A DNA stretch of 64,000 nucleotides from Parachlamydiales bacterium (GTDB lineage Bacteria > Chlamydiota > Chlamydiia > Chlamydiales > SM23-39), in contig JACVQJ010000001.1 of the NCBI GenBank assembly GCA_015661075.1, positions 81,347 through 145,346 of the forward strand, read 5' to 3'. The position numbers and the translations under genes were made by a program. This document shows positions 1-10,100 of this stretch, in pieces. The notes under the pieces are model-generated. The model was given only the letters and a program-made list of their open reading frames with translations. It did not search any database and was not told the DNA's origin. Position 1 is the stretch's first letter. The number at the start of each line of letters is the position of its first letter.

Positions 1-284
1 CGGTCTAAAAATTGAACCACAAATGTAGGAAGGCATTCTTGCACGAGAAGAGCATCTTCAAGTTCTTTCTCCTGAAAGTTGCCCCGCGGATCAATGGGAG
101 CCTGAAGCCACAGAGCGCGGATATTGCGTATATCGGTAGCGCGCTGAAACAGCACGATCTGATGCCAATCTGGCTCGGTCAAATTGAGCTTGAGCATCTG
201 CCGCGCCATTTCATACGTCATTTCAGGCTTGGCGCCCAAACCAATCGGAGGAAATGCGCTGATGACGTAATAGTATTGGCCCAT
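1..284 (-). CDS. DUF2764-family protein (chlamydial V-ATPase-associated subunit), partial; runs off the window
   Basis: Reverse-strand ATG at 284 reads MGQYYYVISAFPPIGLGAKPE..., directly downstream of V-ATPase subunit E as in chlamydial V-ATPase operons. Confidence 0.7.
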   Translation of the reverse strand, partial: MGQYYYVISAFPPIGLGAKPEMTYEMARQMLKLNLTEPDWHQIVLFQRATDIRNIRALWLQAPIDPRGNFQEKELEDALLVQECLPTFVVQFLD

Positions 285-288
285 ACTC

Positions 289-915
289 CTAGACCTGAAA
301 AACAAGGTCGCGGAAATCGCGGCGTATAAAATTTGCAATCAATTCGCGTACAACGCGATCGGAGATATCAATCGTGATCTTGCGATCCCGCAGCTTAATC
401 TGCACCCCGCCGTCAAAATCACCGAGAACGACTGATTTTTCCTGAAGACGGTCCATAAACTCTTTCACGAGAAGGCTATTCATGGCCCGAGGTGTTATCG
501 TTTGAGGGATCACAACGGAGAGATCTTCGTCAATCCCCTTCTCCTGAAGCAGCTTAAGACAAGAATTAACCAAATGGGCGATGATTTTGGGGTCGGCCGT
601 CTCTTTCGAAATAAAATCTGCCAGATTTTTAAAGAAAAACTCCTCTTCGATTTTTTGCTTGAGAAGTTCAATCCCTTGACGGCAAGCGAGTTGAAGCGAA
701 GATTGAAACGCTTTGCGCTTCATATCGATCTCCTGATCAGCCGCACTGACCAATCCCTGCATCTTCTCTTTCGCGTCACGAATCAGTTCAGCCGCCTGCA
801 AATGAGCGTTTTCGACGATCTCGCGCGCTTCCTGTTTGGCCGGCTCCAGTGTCTCTACGCGCAAGGCGTCGCAGATCTTCTGAATCTTGTTTTTTCCGCT
901 ATCTAACCCTTTCAT
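289..915 (-). CDS. atpE: V-type ATP synthase subunit E
   Basis: KIQKICDALRVETLEPAKQEAREIV...A N-terminal helix and GGVQIK...TIDISD C-terminus typical of chlamydial V-ATPase E. Confidence 0.9.
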   Translation of the reverse strand: MKGLDSGKNKIQKICDALRVETLEPAKQEAREIVENAHLQAAELIRDAKEKMQGLVSAADQEIDMKRKAFQSSLQLACRQGIELLKQKIEEEFFFKNLADFISKETADPKIIAHLVNSCLKLLQEKGIDEDLSVVIPQTITPRAMNSLLVKEFMDRLQEKSVVLGDFDGGVQIKLRDRKITIDISDRVVRELIANFIRRDFRDLVFQV

Positions 916-1071
916 TGGGAACCTTCTCCTAGTTCCATTACACCAATTGTACAGAATCTCTGATTTATTGATACGATTCTCCCAGCAAAATTCAAAAAAA
1001 TACTGATAAATGTGGAAAAAAAATTAGAATACTATGTAAATATAAAAGCAGAGCCAGATGGAGGAATACAC

Positions 1072-1293
1072 ATGAAAACTTTAGCTACTATTTTAACCGC
1101 AGTCGCATTGCTCACTAGCACCGCTGTAACAGCACAAACGTCTAACGGATGTGCCGCTGCATGCGGAACTACTACGGCGAGCGATAACGGATTTGCATGG
1201 GGAATCGGACTGGGCGCATTGGCCGTAGTCGGCGTCGTAGTCGGCATTGCTGCAGCTAGCGCATCACACGACCAGTCGTTCTCTCAGCATTAA
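1072..1293 (+). CDS. Small secreted/membrane protein (signal peptide, Gly-rich hydrophobic helix, C-terminal His)
   Basis: GGAGG RBS before ATG 1072; MKTLATILTAVALLTSTAVTA signal; AWGIGLGALAVVGVVVGIAAA helix. Confidence 0.75.
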   Translation: MKTLATILTAVALLTSTAVTAQTSNGCAAACGTTTASDNGFAWGIGLGALAVVGVVVGIAAASASHDQSFSQH

Positions 1294-1302
1294 AAAATTG
1301 TT

Positions 1303-1330
1303 GAGCAGCCCTGGTATGCCAGGGCTGCTC
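1303..1330 (+). terminator. Perfect 12-bp stem-loop after the small gene
   Basis: gagcagccctgg-tatg-ccagggctgctc; weak U-tract. Confidence 0.55.
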
Positions 1331-1360
1331 TCATTTAGCTTTTCCTGCATAGGCCGGACT

Positions 1361-1612
1361 ATGAAATCCATATTGAGTGTTTTCATTGTATTGATCACAT
1401 TAGCTGGCGCAGTACCAACATATGGACAGGAGCGCCGATTTGCGCGCCGAGGCGATGGGGCCGGGTATAGTACCCGCGACGCTAACGTCCTCTCTATGAT
1501 GGGCTGGGGAGTCGGCCTGGCTGTCGGCATCGCACTGCTGTGCGGCTATATGGAACAAAGCGGCAGCAACGCTCATTCCTCATCGGGCAGCAGCGGTACA
1601 AGCACTCATTGA
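1361..1612 (+). CDS. Small secreted/membrane protein, same architecture as 1072..1293
   Basis: MKSILSVFIVLITLAGAVPTYG signal; GWGVGLAVGIALLCG helix; Ser-rich tail ending in His. Confidence 0.7.
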   Translation: MKSILSVFIVLITLAGAVPTYGQERRFARRGDGAGYSTRDANVLSMMGWGVGLAVGIALLCGYMEQSGSNAHSSSGSSGTSTH

Positions 1613-1613
1613 C

Positions 1614-2333
1614 ATGAACAAATTTCTTCGCTTTCTTTTTTTCATCACTTGGCCTCTTTGTCTTAATGCCCATCCAGTCTGTTATTTTACCCCTCCTGAG
1701 CATTGGGAATGCATCCAATCAAAAAATCTGTCGCCGCAGATCCAAATTGCGTTCATTGGAAAGGGCCAAACTGATTTTCGCCCCTCGATGAATCTCGCCA
1801 TCGAGGAAATCGATTGCTCATTGAAAGAGTATTTGAAATCGGTCCGCGAAATCCACGAAGAGGAAATGAACGTCCGCTGGCGCGATCTGGGTCCGTTTAC
1901 CTTTCGCTCCGGCAAGGGTCGCTTGGCGGAAATCACCAGCTCCTCTCCATTAGGAGAGGTTAAAATGCTGCAAGCCATCTTGGTCCAAGACCATTGCGCC
2001 TACATTTTAACCGGCGCTGTTTTACGAGAAGAATTTTCCCGCTTTCAAAGCGAGCTTATCGCTGCCATGCACTCCCTCACACTAAAGCCGGATCTGTTCA
2101 GCGCGATCCAGGATGCGGCCAAAAAGAGTGTTCTGGAAAAATTATTCAGCTCGTTCGGCCAAATCCTCCCTGAAAAGCGCACCAGCGAGTGGGAAAAACT
2201 ACAAAAAATTGTTCTGGAAGAACATGCATCACTCGGCCCCTGTTGGCACTTTTTTGCATTAAAAGAAGGCTATTCACGAATTTTTCCTACAACAGAATCT
2301 GTATATACTGGACAGAAACCCCCATGCCAGTAG
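1614..2333 (+). CDS. Conserved chlamydial exported protein (CT311-like position; possible PsbP/DcrB-like fold)
   Basis: Signal peptide; FTPPEHW, PSMNLAIE, MLQAILV, AYILT motifs; lies between atpE and tal. Confidence 0.65.
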   Translation: MNKFLRFLFFITWPLCLNAHPVCYFTPPEHWECIQSKNLSPQIQIAFIGKGQTDFRPSMNLAIEEIDCSLKEYLKSVREIHEEEMNVRWRDLGPFTFRSGKGRLAEITSSSPLGEVKMLQAILVQDHCAYILTGAVLREEFSRFQSELIAAMHSLTLKPDLFSAIQDAAKKSVLEKLFSSFGQILPEKRTSEWEKLQKIVLEEHASLGPCWHFFALKEGYSRIFPTTESVYTGQKPPCQ

Positions 2334-2344
2334 AATAAAAAAAG

Positions 2345-2376
2345 GTCAACTACCCCTCCCTAAAGGGAGAGGCATG
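2345..2376 (+). repeat. Solo IS200/IS605-type terminal hairpin remnant
   Basis: GTCAACTACCCCTCCCTAAAGGGAGAGGCATG resembles the GTCAAC-hairpin-GCTTG ends of IscB/HEARO-type elements. Confidence 0.55.
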
Positions 2377-2384
2377 GAGAAATA

Positions 2385-2669
2385 ATGAAAAAAACCATCT
2401 CATTGATCATACTCACTGTTTTCGCATCCCACGTCAGCCTATTTGCCCAGGCCGCAACAATGGAAGCCACAGCATCTACCGCAACAGTCCCCAACACACA
2501 AACGGCTTCCAAAGAACCGACAGGTACGGCTGCGGCTCAATCCAGCCGAGCCGGCAGGTCAGGCTCATGGCAAAACTGGGCCTTTGCCGGCGGTGCACTG
2601 GTGATAGCAGCGGTCGGCGTCATCTGTGTGGCCATGAGCAGCGGCCACGACAACCCCACAGCGCACTAG
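2385..2669 (+). CDS. Small secreted/membrane protein, third member of the His-terminated family
   Basis: GGAGA RBS; MKKTISLIILTVFASHVSLFA signal; WQNWAFAGGALVIAAVGVICVAM helix; ends PTAH. Confidence 0.75.
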   Translation: MKKTISLIILTVFASHVSLFAQAATMEATASTATVPNTQTASKEPTGTAAAQSSRAGRSGSWQNWAFAGGALVIAAVGVICVAMSSGHDNPTAH

Positions 2670-2671
2670 CC

Positions 2672-3154
2672 ATGCTGAACAGATTCTTCGCCTCGGTGCT
2701 TTTCCTTCTTTGCAGCTGTTCGACACAGAGCAATTGGGAATTGTCATCCATCCCAAGCGCTCAAAAAGAATATGATTCGGGCCGTCTTTGCTATTTGCCA
2801 TCCGATCGCTTATCCGGAATGAGCATGGAATTTTTCTATTCAAACGGCACCATCACTGGATATTTATGCTCTGAATCTCGGCGATTCGCAAGCGATGAGA
2901 CGACAGCGCAGATCCGGATCGGATCCGAAAATATCGAAATCCCCCTTCAGATCCACGAAGGGCGCATGCGTGCGCGCCTACCTCATGAAATGACTATCAA
3001 AGCTGCATCTGCCCTGCAAGATGGACAATCCGTCGCGATCATTGTCGGATCGCTGCAGCAAAATTTTGAGCCGGATCGCTTTTCCGGCCTTTTTCAACAA
3101 CTGACGAAAGGCTCAAACGCCTTTCTCAACTCAATTGAAGGACCGCTGCCATGA
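2672..3154 (+). CDS. Putative lipoprotein
   Basis: ATG 2672 gives [16 protein letters not shown] (lipobox-like); ATGA overlap with tal. Confidence 0.65.
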   Translation: MLNRFFASVLFLLCSCSTQSNWELSSIPSAQKEYDSGRLCYLPSDRLSGMSMEFFYSNGTITGYLCSESRRFASDETTAQIRIGSENIEIPLQIHEGRMRARLPHEMTIKAASALQDGQSVAIIVGSLQQNFEPDRFSGLFQQLTKGSNAFLNSIEGPLP

Positions 3155-4107
3155 ATCAACTGGAACTTCTCAAAAAAATGACCGTCGTCGTTGCCGATAC
3201 CGGCGATTTTAAACAACTGCAGCAATTCAGTCCCACCGACTCGACCACCAACCCATCCCTAATCTACGCCGCCAGCCAGCAGCCTCACTATCAGCATTTG
3301 CTCGACGATGCGGTTCGCTTCGGCAAATCCCACGGGAAAACACTACCGCAACAGCTCAGCTCAGCCCTCGACAAGGTCTTCGTCAATTTCGGCATTGAGA
3401 TTCTGAAAATCGTTCCCGGCCGCGTATCGACCGAGGTCGATGCACGCCTCTCTTTCGATGTGCAGGGCAGTATCGAAAAGGGACGCCATCTGATTTCCTT
3501 ATACGAATCGGCAGGATTCGACCGCAAACGCATCTTGATCAAGCTTGCGACGACCTGGGAAGGCATCATGGCCGCCGAGAAACTCGAAAAAGAGGGCATC
3601 CACTGCAACATGACTCTATTGTTCAGCCTGCCGCAAGCCATCGCCTGCGCTGAGGCGAAAGCCACCCTCATCTCTCCATTCGTGGGCCGCATTTTGGACT
3701 GGTTCAAAAAGAGCGAAAACGTCAGCAGCTATGCCCCAACCGACGATCCGGGCGTCAAATCGGTCAGCCGCATCTTCAACTACTACAAAAAATTCGGCTA
3801 TTCCACGCAAATCATGGGAGCCTCATTCCGCAACAAGGATGAGATCACGGAGCTGGCCGGCTGCGATCTTCTCACGATCTCGCCAAACCTGCTCGAAGAG
3901 CTCAAAAACAGCACAGCTCCTCTTCCTCGCAAACTCGATCCGGCCGCGGCGAAGAAAAGCCCGATTGAAAAAATCCACCTCGATGAAAAGACATTCCGCT
4001 TTCTATTGAATGAGGATGCGATGGCCACGGAAAAGCTGGCGGAGGGCATCCGCAATTTCGTCAAAGACATCGTGAAGCTGGAATCTCTTTTGAAAACGCG
4101 GTTCTAG
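3151..4107 (+). CDS. tal: Transaldolase
   Basis: [59 protein letters not shown]. Confidence 0.97.
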   Translation: MNQLELLKKMTVVVADTGDFKQLQQFSPTDSTTNPSLIYAASQQPHYQHLLDDAVRFGKSHGKTLPQQLSSALDKVFVNFGIEILKIVPGRVSTEVDARLSFDVQGSIEKGRHLISLYESAGFDRKRILIKLATTWEGIMAAEKLEKEGIHCNMTLLFSLPQAIACAEAKATLISPFVGRILDWFKKSENVSSYAPTDDPGVKSVSRIFNYYKKFGYSTQIMGASFRNKDEITELAGCDLLTISPNLLEELKNSTAPLPRKLDPAAAKKSPIEKIHLDEKTFRFLLNEDAMATEKLAEGIRNFVKDIVKLESLLKTRF

Positions 4108-4197
4108 AAAACATTTTTGTTCTGACCATAAAAACGGTCCTTTTTCCTTATCCCGCTTAAAGATTGATTCATTTACTATTAACCCACCTCATCAAAA

Positions 4198-6054
4198 TTG
4201 GATGGAAAAAGGATGACATCTACATCTAGAAATAACTATTCATCCGTCTTTCCATCCTGCCCCACTTCACCAATCAGTCTAACGCCCTTTTCAGGACTAA
4301 CGCCTTCTTCAAGATCGTCCTGGTCACGGTCTGTCTCACCAAAACCTCAACAAACCGCTATCACAGCAGAAATCGCAGGAAAAATATTCGAATATTACCC
4401 TCATCCCAATCTTCGTAGCGTTAGTCGCTTATGGAACTTTGGTGTCGATGATGTTTGTCGATATTTATTCAATCAAAGCTCAAGTATTCAACGCTATATA
4501 CCGATTAGTCCTTCAACTTACAATCCAACCCAACCTATTACCCCGAGAATTCTTGTAACAATAACCACTCGTGCTGTTTGGCAAAATTTAAGTCTCCAGA
4601 CAAAAGAAGTCTGCAAACCGTTTCCTTTGGCATTAGACTATGCTCTAGCATTGGAACGAGATAGAAATCTCATTCTTGTTTATCGATGTATTGCCTCCTC
4701 CATACAGCATACAGTCTTGGTCGGAACTCAATCTGAGCAAGCCGAACAAATTCGATTATGGATGAATAATAATCATCAACACCTAAAAAACATTACCGAC
4801 CTAACTATAAAAGACTCAGGACTTACAATCCTGCCGCCTGAGATTGGACTGCTTAGTGGACTCATCGATTTGGACCTTAGAGATACTCTACTTACTGTTC
4901 TGCCGCCCGAGATTGGGGAGCTTGTGAACCTGAAATATCTGCGTCTTGGGGGCACTCGACTGACCTGTCTTCCACCTCAGATCGAGCTGCTGACGAACCT
5001 GCTATTTCTGGATCTTAGAAGAGTTCCGATGACCGCTTTGCCGCGTCAGATCGGGCAGCTAACGGCTCTGAAGTTTATAAATTTCTATGAATCTCAGGTT
5101 GCCACCCTGCCGCCCGAGATCAAATTTCTTGTGAACCTGAAAGAACTGCACCTTCGAGCCACTCCACTCGCTGACCTGCCATCTGAGATCGGAGAGCTTG
5201 TGAGCCTACAGCATCTTGATCTTGCAGAAACTCTGTTGACTGCTCTGCCTTTCGAGATCAGTAAACTCACTAACCTACAGTGCCTTAATCTTGAAAAAAC
5301 TCTGTTGACTTCTCTACCTTTCGAGATCAGTAAACTCACTAACCTGCAGGATCTGGATCTTTCAGACACACCCCTTAAGGATCTGTCATCAGCGATCGGA
5401 CAATTGGTAAACATAGAGCGTTTGTACCTTAGATCTTGTCCGCTGAAAACCCTGCCGCAGGAAATCTGGCTGCTTACCAACCTGGAGCGTCTGGACCTTG
5501 GTAATACGCTACTTACCTCTCTATCGCCGGATATCAAACAGCTTCGCAATCTACAGTTACTAAACCTACATGGGACGCGCCTTTTCACACTGCCGCCCGA
5601 AATCGGGCAACTTCCAAGACTGCGCTTTCTAGACATTTCAGGCACCTTGCTTTCCGCCCTGCCAAGCGAGATGAAACATCTGTCAAGTCTGCGGGTTCTA
5701 AATCTCTATGATTCTCCGCTTTCCGTCCTGCAACCTGAGAAAGATCTACCTGTGGGTCTGTGTCGCCTCGATCTAAGTGGCACTCAGCTGACCGAACTGT
5801 CGCCTGAAATCGCGCAGCTCACAGAGCTGTACTCTCTTTATCTTAAAGGTACACCGCTTACACATGTGCCGCGTCAGCTTGGAAACCTTACACACTTGGT
5901 ATCTCTGGACCTTCTGGACACCCTGGTGACTGACGTGCCAACTCCGGTCAAGGATCTTGAGAGTCTGCGACATCTAAAATTACCACATAGACACTCTCCG
6001 GATCAGGCTCGTAAAAATCACCGAGATAGAGTCACTTGGCGATCATCGAGATAG
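4198..6054 (+). CDS. Leucine-rich repeat protein, probable secreted effector
   Basis: Ser/Pro-rich N-terminus followed by about 17 23-aa LRRs (LPPEIGxLxNLxxLDLxxTxLT). Confidence 0.9.
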   Translation: MDGKRMTSTSRNNYSSVFPSCPTSPISLTPFSGLTPSSRSSWSRSVSPKPQQTAITAEIAGKIFEYYPHPNLRSVSRLWNFGVDDVCRYLFNQSSSIQRYIPISPSTYNPTQPITPRILVTITTRAVWQNLSLQTKEVCKPFPLALDYALALERDRNLILVYRCIASSIQHTVLVGTQSEQAEQIRLWMNNNHQHLKNITDLTIKDSGLTILPPEIGLLSGLIDLDLRDTLLTVLPPEIGELVNLKYLRLGGTRLTCLPPQIELLTNLLFLDLRRVPMTALPRQIGQLTALKFINFYESQVATLPPEIKFLVNLKELHLRATPLADLPSEIGELVSLQHLDLAETLLTALPFEISKLTNLQCLNLEKTLLTSLPFEISKLTNLQDLDLSDTPLKDLSSAIGQLVNIERLYLRSCPLKTLPQEIWLLTNLERLDLGNTLLTSLSPDIKQLRNLQLLNLHGTRLFTLPPEIGQLPRLRFLDISGTLLSALPSEMKHLSSLRVLNLYDSPLSVLQPEKDLPVGLCRLDLSGTQLTELSPEIAQLTELYSLYLKGTPLTHVPRQLGNLTHLVSLDLLDTLVTDVPTPVKDLESLRHLKLPHRHSPDQARKNHRDRVTWRSSR

Positions 6055-6086
6055 AGCCACCCTTCGATCACCAAGATAGAGCCATT
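6010..6086 (+). repeat. Three ~25-bp tandem repeats (ATCACCGAGATAGAGCCAC-like), possible IS21-family end remnant
   Basis: cgtaaaa-atcaccgagatagagtcacttggcg / atcatcgagatagagccacccttcg / atcaccaagatagagccatt. Confidence 0.6.
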
Positions 6087-6164
6087 TATTAAATTATTTT
6101 TTTATTGAACCACAAACAACCGCCAGATTATAATTAATATCAATCACTCTTTATTTGGATAAAT

Positions 6165-6554
6165 ATGTCCAGCGCAGAAGTTACTTTTCCCCTTATCATA
6201 GAAAACATCCCACCGGGCGGCAATCCTCCAATAACTACCCAAAGCAGGTGGAGCAAAATCCAGGAAACTGTTCGGAGCGCACTGAGCGCCATCGCTTCTT
6301 TTTTTGCCAGGCTTTTTTCTTTGCCTGATGATATTGCGCTACTTACAAACCTGAGATCTCTTTATCTGCAAGGCACCCAGCTCATCAAAGTGCCGCGAAG
6401 GCTTGGAACCCTGGCAGGCTTAGTATCTCTGAATCTTTTGGACACCTTAGTCACCGATGTGCCAACCCCGCTTAAAGACCTGCCGCATCTAACATTGCCA
6501 CAGCAACATTCACCTGTACGGATGGATTGCACACCTCCGAACAATGAATCTTAA
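6165..6554 (+). pseudogene. Internally deleted LRR paralog
   Basis: C-terminal ~60 aa (LYLQGTQL..VPRRLGTL..LVSLNLLDTLVTDVPTP) closely match the end of 4198..6054; only 2 LRRs remain. Confidence 0.65.
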
Positions 6555-7005
6555 TGGAAACATTAGAAGGAGGTGGTAAGGCTATCGCCTCCGGATGCTC
6601 TGAAGGCGGACGAGTAGAAATAGTCGGCGGAGTGGGAGGCGGAGATGTAAAAGGGAATGAAAAAGGGGCTGTTGCAATCAATAATGCTTGGGAAGCGGAT
6701 GAAAACCTGGAATGTCGAAATGAATCATAGGTTGCAGCTGCGTAGATTCTATTTGGGTCTTCCGAGTCCCTCCATGGGAAGCAAACTCTTTGTTCAAGTG
6801 AACAGGCTCCTATTGATCGCAACTTATTGAATATTTCTGTTGCGTTCACAATGATTGGTCCTAGCCGGCAATTAATAACAACCCAACTACCCTCTATCAA
6901 TCTATTTAACATCAGGTGATTATCACAATGGTCAAAGCAAAATTGACCGCCGCACATACAAATATTATTTGCTTCTTGAGTGCAATCCGAGACAAAACAA
7001 TTCAC
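6472..7005 (-). CDS. Hypothetical protein with N-terminal Cys/His zinc-finger-like motif and Pro-rich tail
   Basis: C-x4-C-x7-C-x-C-x4-C-x2-H-C-x2-H; AT-rich; GTG start. Confidence 0.5.
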   Translation of the reverse strand: MNCFVSDCTQEANNICMCGGQFCFDHCDNHLMLNRLIEGSWVVINCRLGPIIVNATEIFNKLRSIGACSLEQRVCFPWRDSEDPNRIYAAATYDSFRHSRFSSASQALLIATAPFSFPFTSPPPTPPTISTRPPSEHPEAIALPPPSNVSIKIHCSEVCNPSVQVNVAVAMLDAAGL

Positions 7006-7128
7006 AAAACATCCAAATTTAAAATTTAAGACCTATAATTTTGACTGATCGCAATAAAATGTCAATAGGTAATGTTTTTTTAAATAAAGAGATCTCCATA
7101 AAACCCGAACCGCACGGAAAATCCTCAG

Positions 7129-7163
7129 TAAAAAGAGCCGCTGGACAATAGATCCAGCGGCTT
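7129..7163 (-). terminator. Intrinsic terminator of the rpoBC operon
   Basis: AGCCGCTGGA-loop-TCCAGCGGCT followed by a T-run on the minus strand. Confidence 0.8.
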
Positions 7164-7170
7164 AAAATGA

Positions 7171-10100
7171 TTACCCGTGGACGACAACCTCTGATTGAAA
7201 GTCGATATTGAGTTCCTCGCTCTGCTGGCTTTCGATGAACCGATTGACTTTCTTGTGGTACTCATAGCCAGTACCCGCCGGGATCATATGGCCCATAATG
7301 AGGTTGGCCTTGATGTCGAGCAGATAGTCGGTCTTGCTCTCGCAGGCCGCCTCGGTCAGAACCCTCGTCGTTTCCTGGAAGGAAGCCGCGGATACGAACG
7401 ATTCCGTTCCCAATGATGCTCGTGTAATACCGAGAAGGACAGGCGCTGCCTGTGCAGGCTTACCTCCCTCATCGATCGTCTTGCGATTCTGCTCGTGGAA
7501 CGCCTTGCGGTCGATGTCTTCCCCGTGAAGGAATGTCGTATCGCCCGGATCGGTGATCCTAACTTTTTGCAGCATCTGACGCACGATAATCTCAACGTGC
7601 TTGTCGTTGATATCAACGCCCTGCAGGCGGTACACTTCCTGCACCTGGTTAACCATGTATTTTTGCAGTTCGCGCACGCCGCAAATATCGAGGATCTCTT
7701 GCAAAACAACGAGACCTTCAGTGAGCTGTTGTCCCTTCACGACGTTATCGCCGCGCTGAACGATTAAGTGCTTCGTCAGCGGGATCAGGTGCTCTTCCTC
7801 CATGTTCGTAATATCATCGCGTACGACGACGATTCGCTTGTTTTTCTGAACGCCGCGGAAATCCACGACGCCGTCGAGTTTCGCGATCTCGGCCGCATCT
7901 TTAGGACGCCGCGCTTCAAAAAGCTCGGCGACGCGGGGCAGACCGCCCGTGATGTCCTTCGTCTTGATGGCGCCGCGCGGCAGTTTCGCCAAAACCACCC
8001 CGGCAGAAACATACTGGGCTTCGCGGCAAGAAATCACAGCTCCTGACGGAATCGCATAAGTACCGACGAGATCCGTAAAATTGGTGTCGGTATAGATCGC
8101 AATCTGCGGATGGAGCTCGCCGCGGTGCTGCTTCACGATCAACTCGACCTGGCCTGTCTGTTTGTTGACTTCGCGCTGAGTGGAAATCCCCTCGACAAGG
8201 TCCTCATATTTGACATAGCCGGGGCGCTCGCAAATGATGGGGCTGGAGTGCTGCTCCCACTGAGCAATTTTGGTCTTCACTTTGACCTTCGCGCCATCGG
8301 CGAAAAGAATCTTCGTGCCCAACTCGATGGAAAATACTTGCAGCGGCTCAATCGATTTATTGGCAAGCAGCTTCTTAATGTCTTCCTGAGAGCGGCCCTC
8401 TTGACGGACGAGCTGCAGCGTACCGTTCTTATTCAAGGCGAGCCAATGGCCCTCCTCGTTTTGAACGACGCGCAGATCCATGTAGACCACAATCCCATCA
8501 TGTTCGGTAATAAGTTCAGGACTTAGTCCCGCCGTCGCGATACCGCCCATGTGGAAGGTTCTCATCGTCAACTGCGTGCCCGGCTCACCGATGGACTGCG
8601 CTGCGATGATGCCGATCGCCTCGCCAAGGCCGACAAGACCGCCGGTCGCCAGGTTCAGACCATAGCACTTCGCGCACACCCCGCGACGGCTTTCGCATGT
8701 CAGAGCGGATCGAATCCGCACTTTTTCAATCCCTGCGTCGTCAATGGCTTGCGCCTGAGAGGCATTCAAGCTATCACCCGCGCGAGCCAGGATTTTCGTG
8801 CTATCGCCCGGCTGATAAATATCCTCCAAAACAGTGCGGCCAAACAGACGATCGCGAATCGAAAGCAACTCTTCCGTTCCCTGCTTGATCGCGGTGACTT
8901 CGATCCCGTTGAGCGTATCGCAATCCTCGCGCGTCACGATCACATCCTGAGCGACGTCGACGAGACGGCGCGTCAAGTATCCCGAATCGGCCGTTTTCAG
9001 AGCCGTATCCGCCAGACCTTTGCGGGCGCCGTGGGTCGAAATAAAATACTCCATCACCGTCAGACCTTCGCGGAAGTTCGCCGTAATCGGCGATTCAATA
9101 ATCTCTCCAGACGGTTTGGACATCAGGCCGCGCATCGCACCCAACTGCTTAACCTGCGATTTGTTACCGCGGGCACCGCTATCCACCATGAGATAAAGCG
9201 GATTGAGCGATTCCGATTTCGAACAATCGAAAATCATCTTGAAGAGCTCTTCGGAGAGCTTATCGGACACTTCTGTCCAGATACTGATGATCTTCGAGTG
9301 GCGCTCGCCATTGGTGATAATACCATCTTCGTACTGCTTCTTCACCACAGCGACCCGTTTATAGGCCTCTGCCAGAACCTTCGGCTTGTTCTCAGGAATC
9401 TTGACATCGCAAGTCCCCATGGAAATGGCGGCTTTCGTCGCCTCGGCAAATCCGAGATTCTTCATGTTGTCGAGGAACCGAACGGTCGCTTCCAAACCGA
9501 CTTTTTTGTAGCACTCCAAAACCAGCTCGGACAGACGCTTTTTGCGCAGTACATAGTTCTGAAACCCAAGCTGCTTTGGAACGATGGTATTGAAAATCAC
9601 TCGGCCCGGAGTCGTTTCGATGATACCGCCATCAATCAAGACTTTAATCTTCTCATGAACATGAATCCCCCAGCCCAAATCGTCTTGCCGCGTCTCTTTC
9701 GACTCATTATGCCAGTTATGGCTGCCGCTGGAATGAACAGCCATCAAGACTTCTTGCTCGTTCGCAAATACACGAACCCTGCGCCCTTCCTTGTCTGGAT
9801 GGATGATCGGGTCGTGCATTAAATAATAGAGGCCCAAAATCATATCCTGCGAAGGCACAGCGACGGGTTTGCCGGATGAGGGCAAGAAAATGTTATCAGG
9901 CGCCATCATAAGAAGCTTGGCTTCGAGCTGCGCTTCTACGGACAGCGGGATGTGAACGGCCATCTGGTCGCCGTCGAAGTCCGCGTTGAATGCGGGCGTC
10001 ACCAGAGGATGTATACGAATGGCCATACCTTCAATCAGAACAGGCTCGAACGCCTGGATGCCGAGGCGGTGCAGTGTCGGTGCGCGGTTGAGCAATACAG

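Noticed and set aside
2345-2669. Full HEARO/omegaRNA with IscB
   Set aside because: Only the ~32-nt terminal hairpin is present, and the next ORF is a small secreted peptide with no HNH/RuvC motifs
6010-6086. Possible CRISPR array
   Set aside because: Units are tandem with only ~6 variable nt, so there are no spacers; no cas1/cas2 in the window
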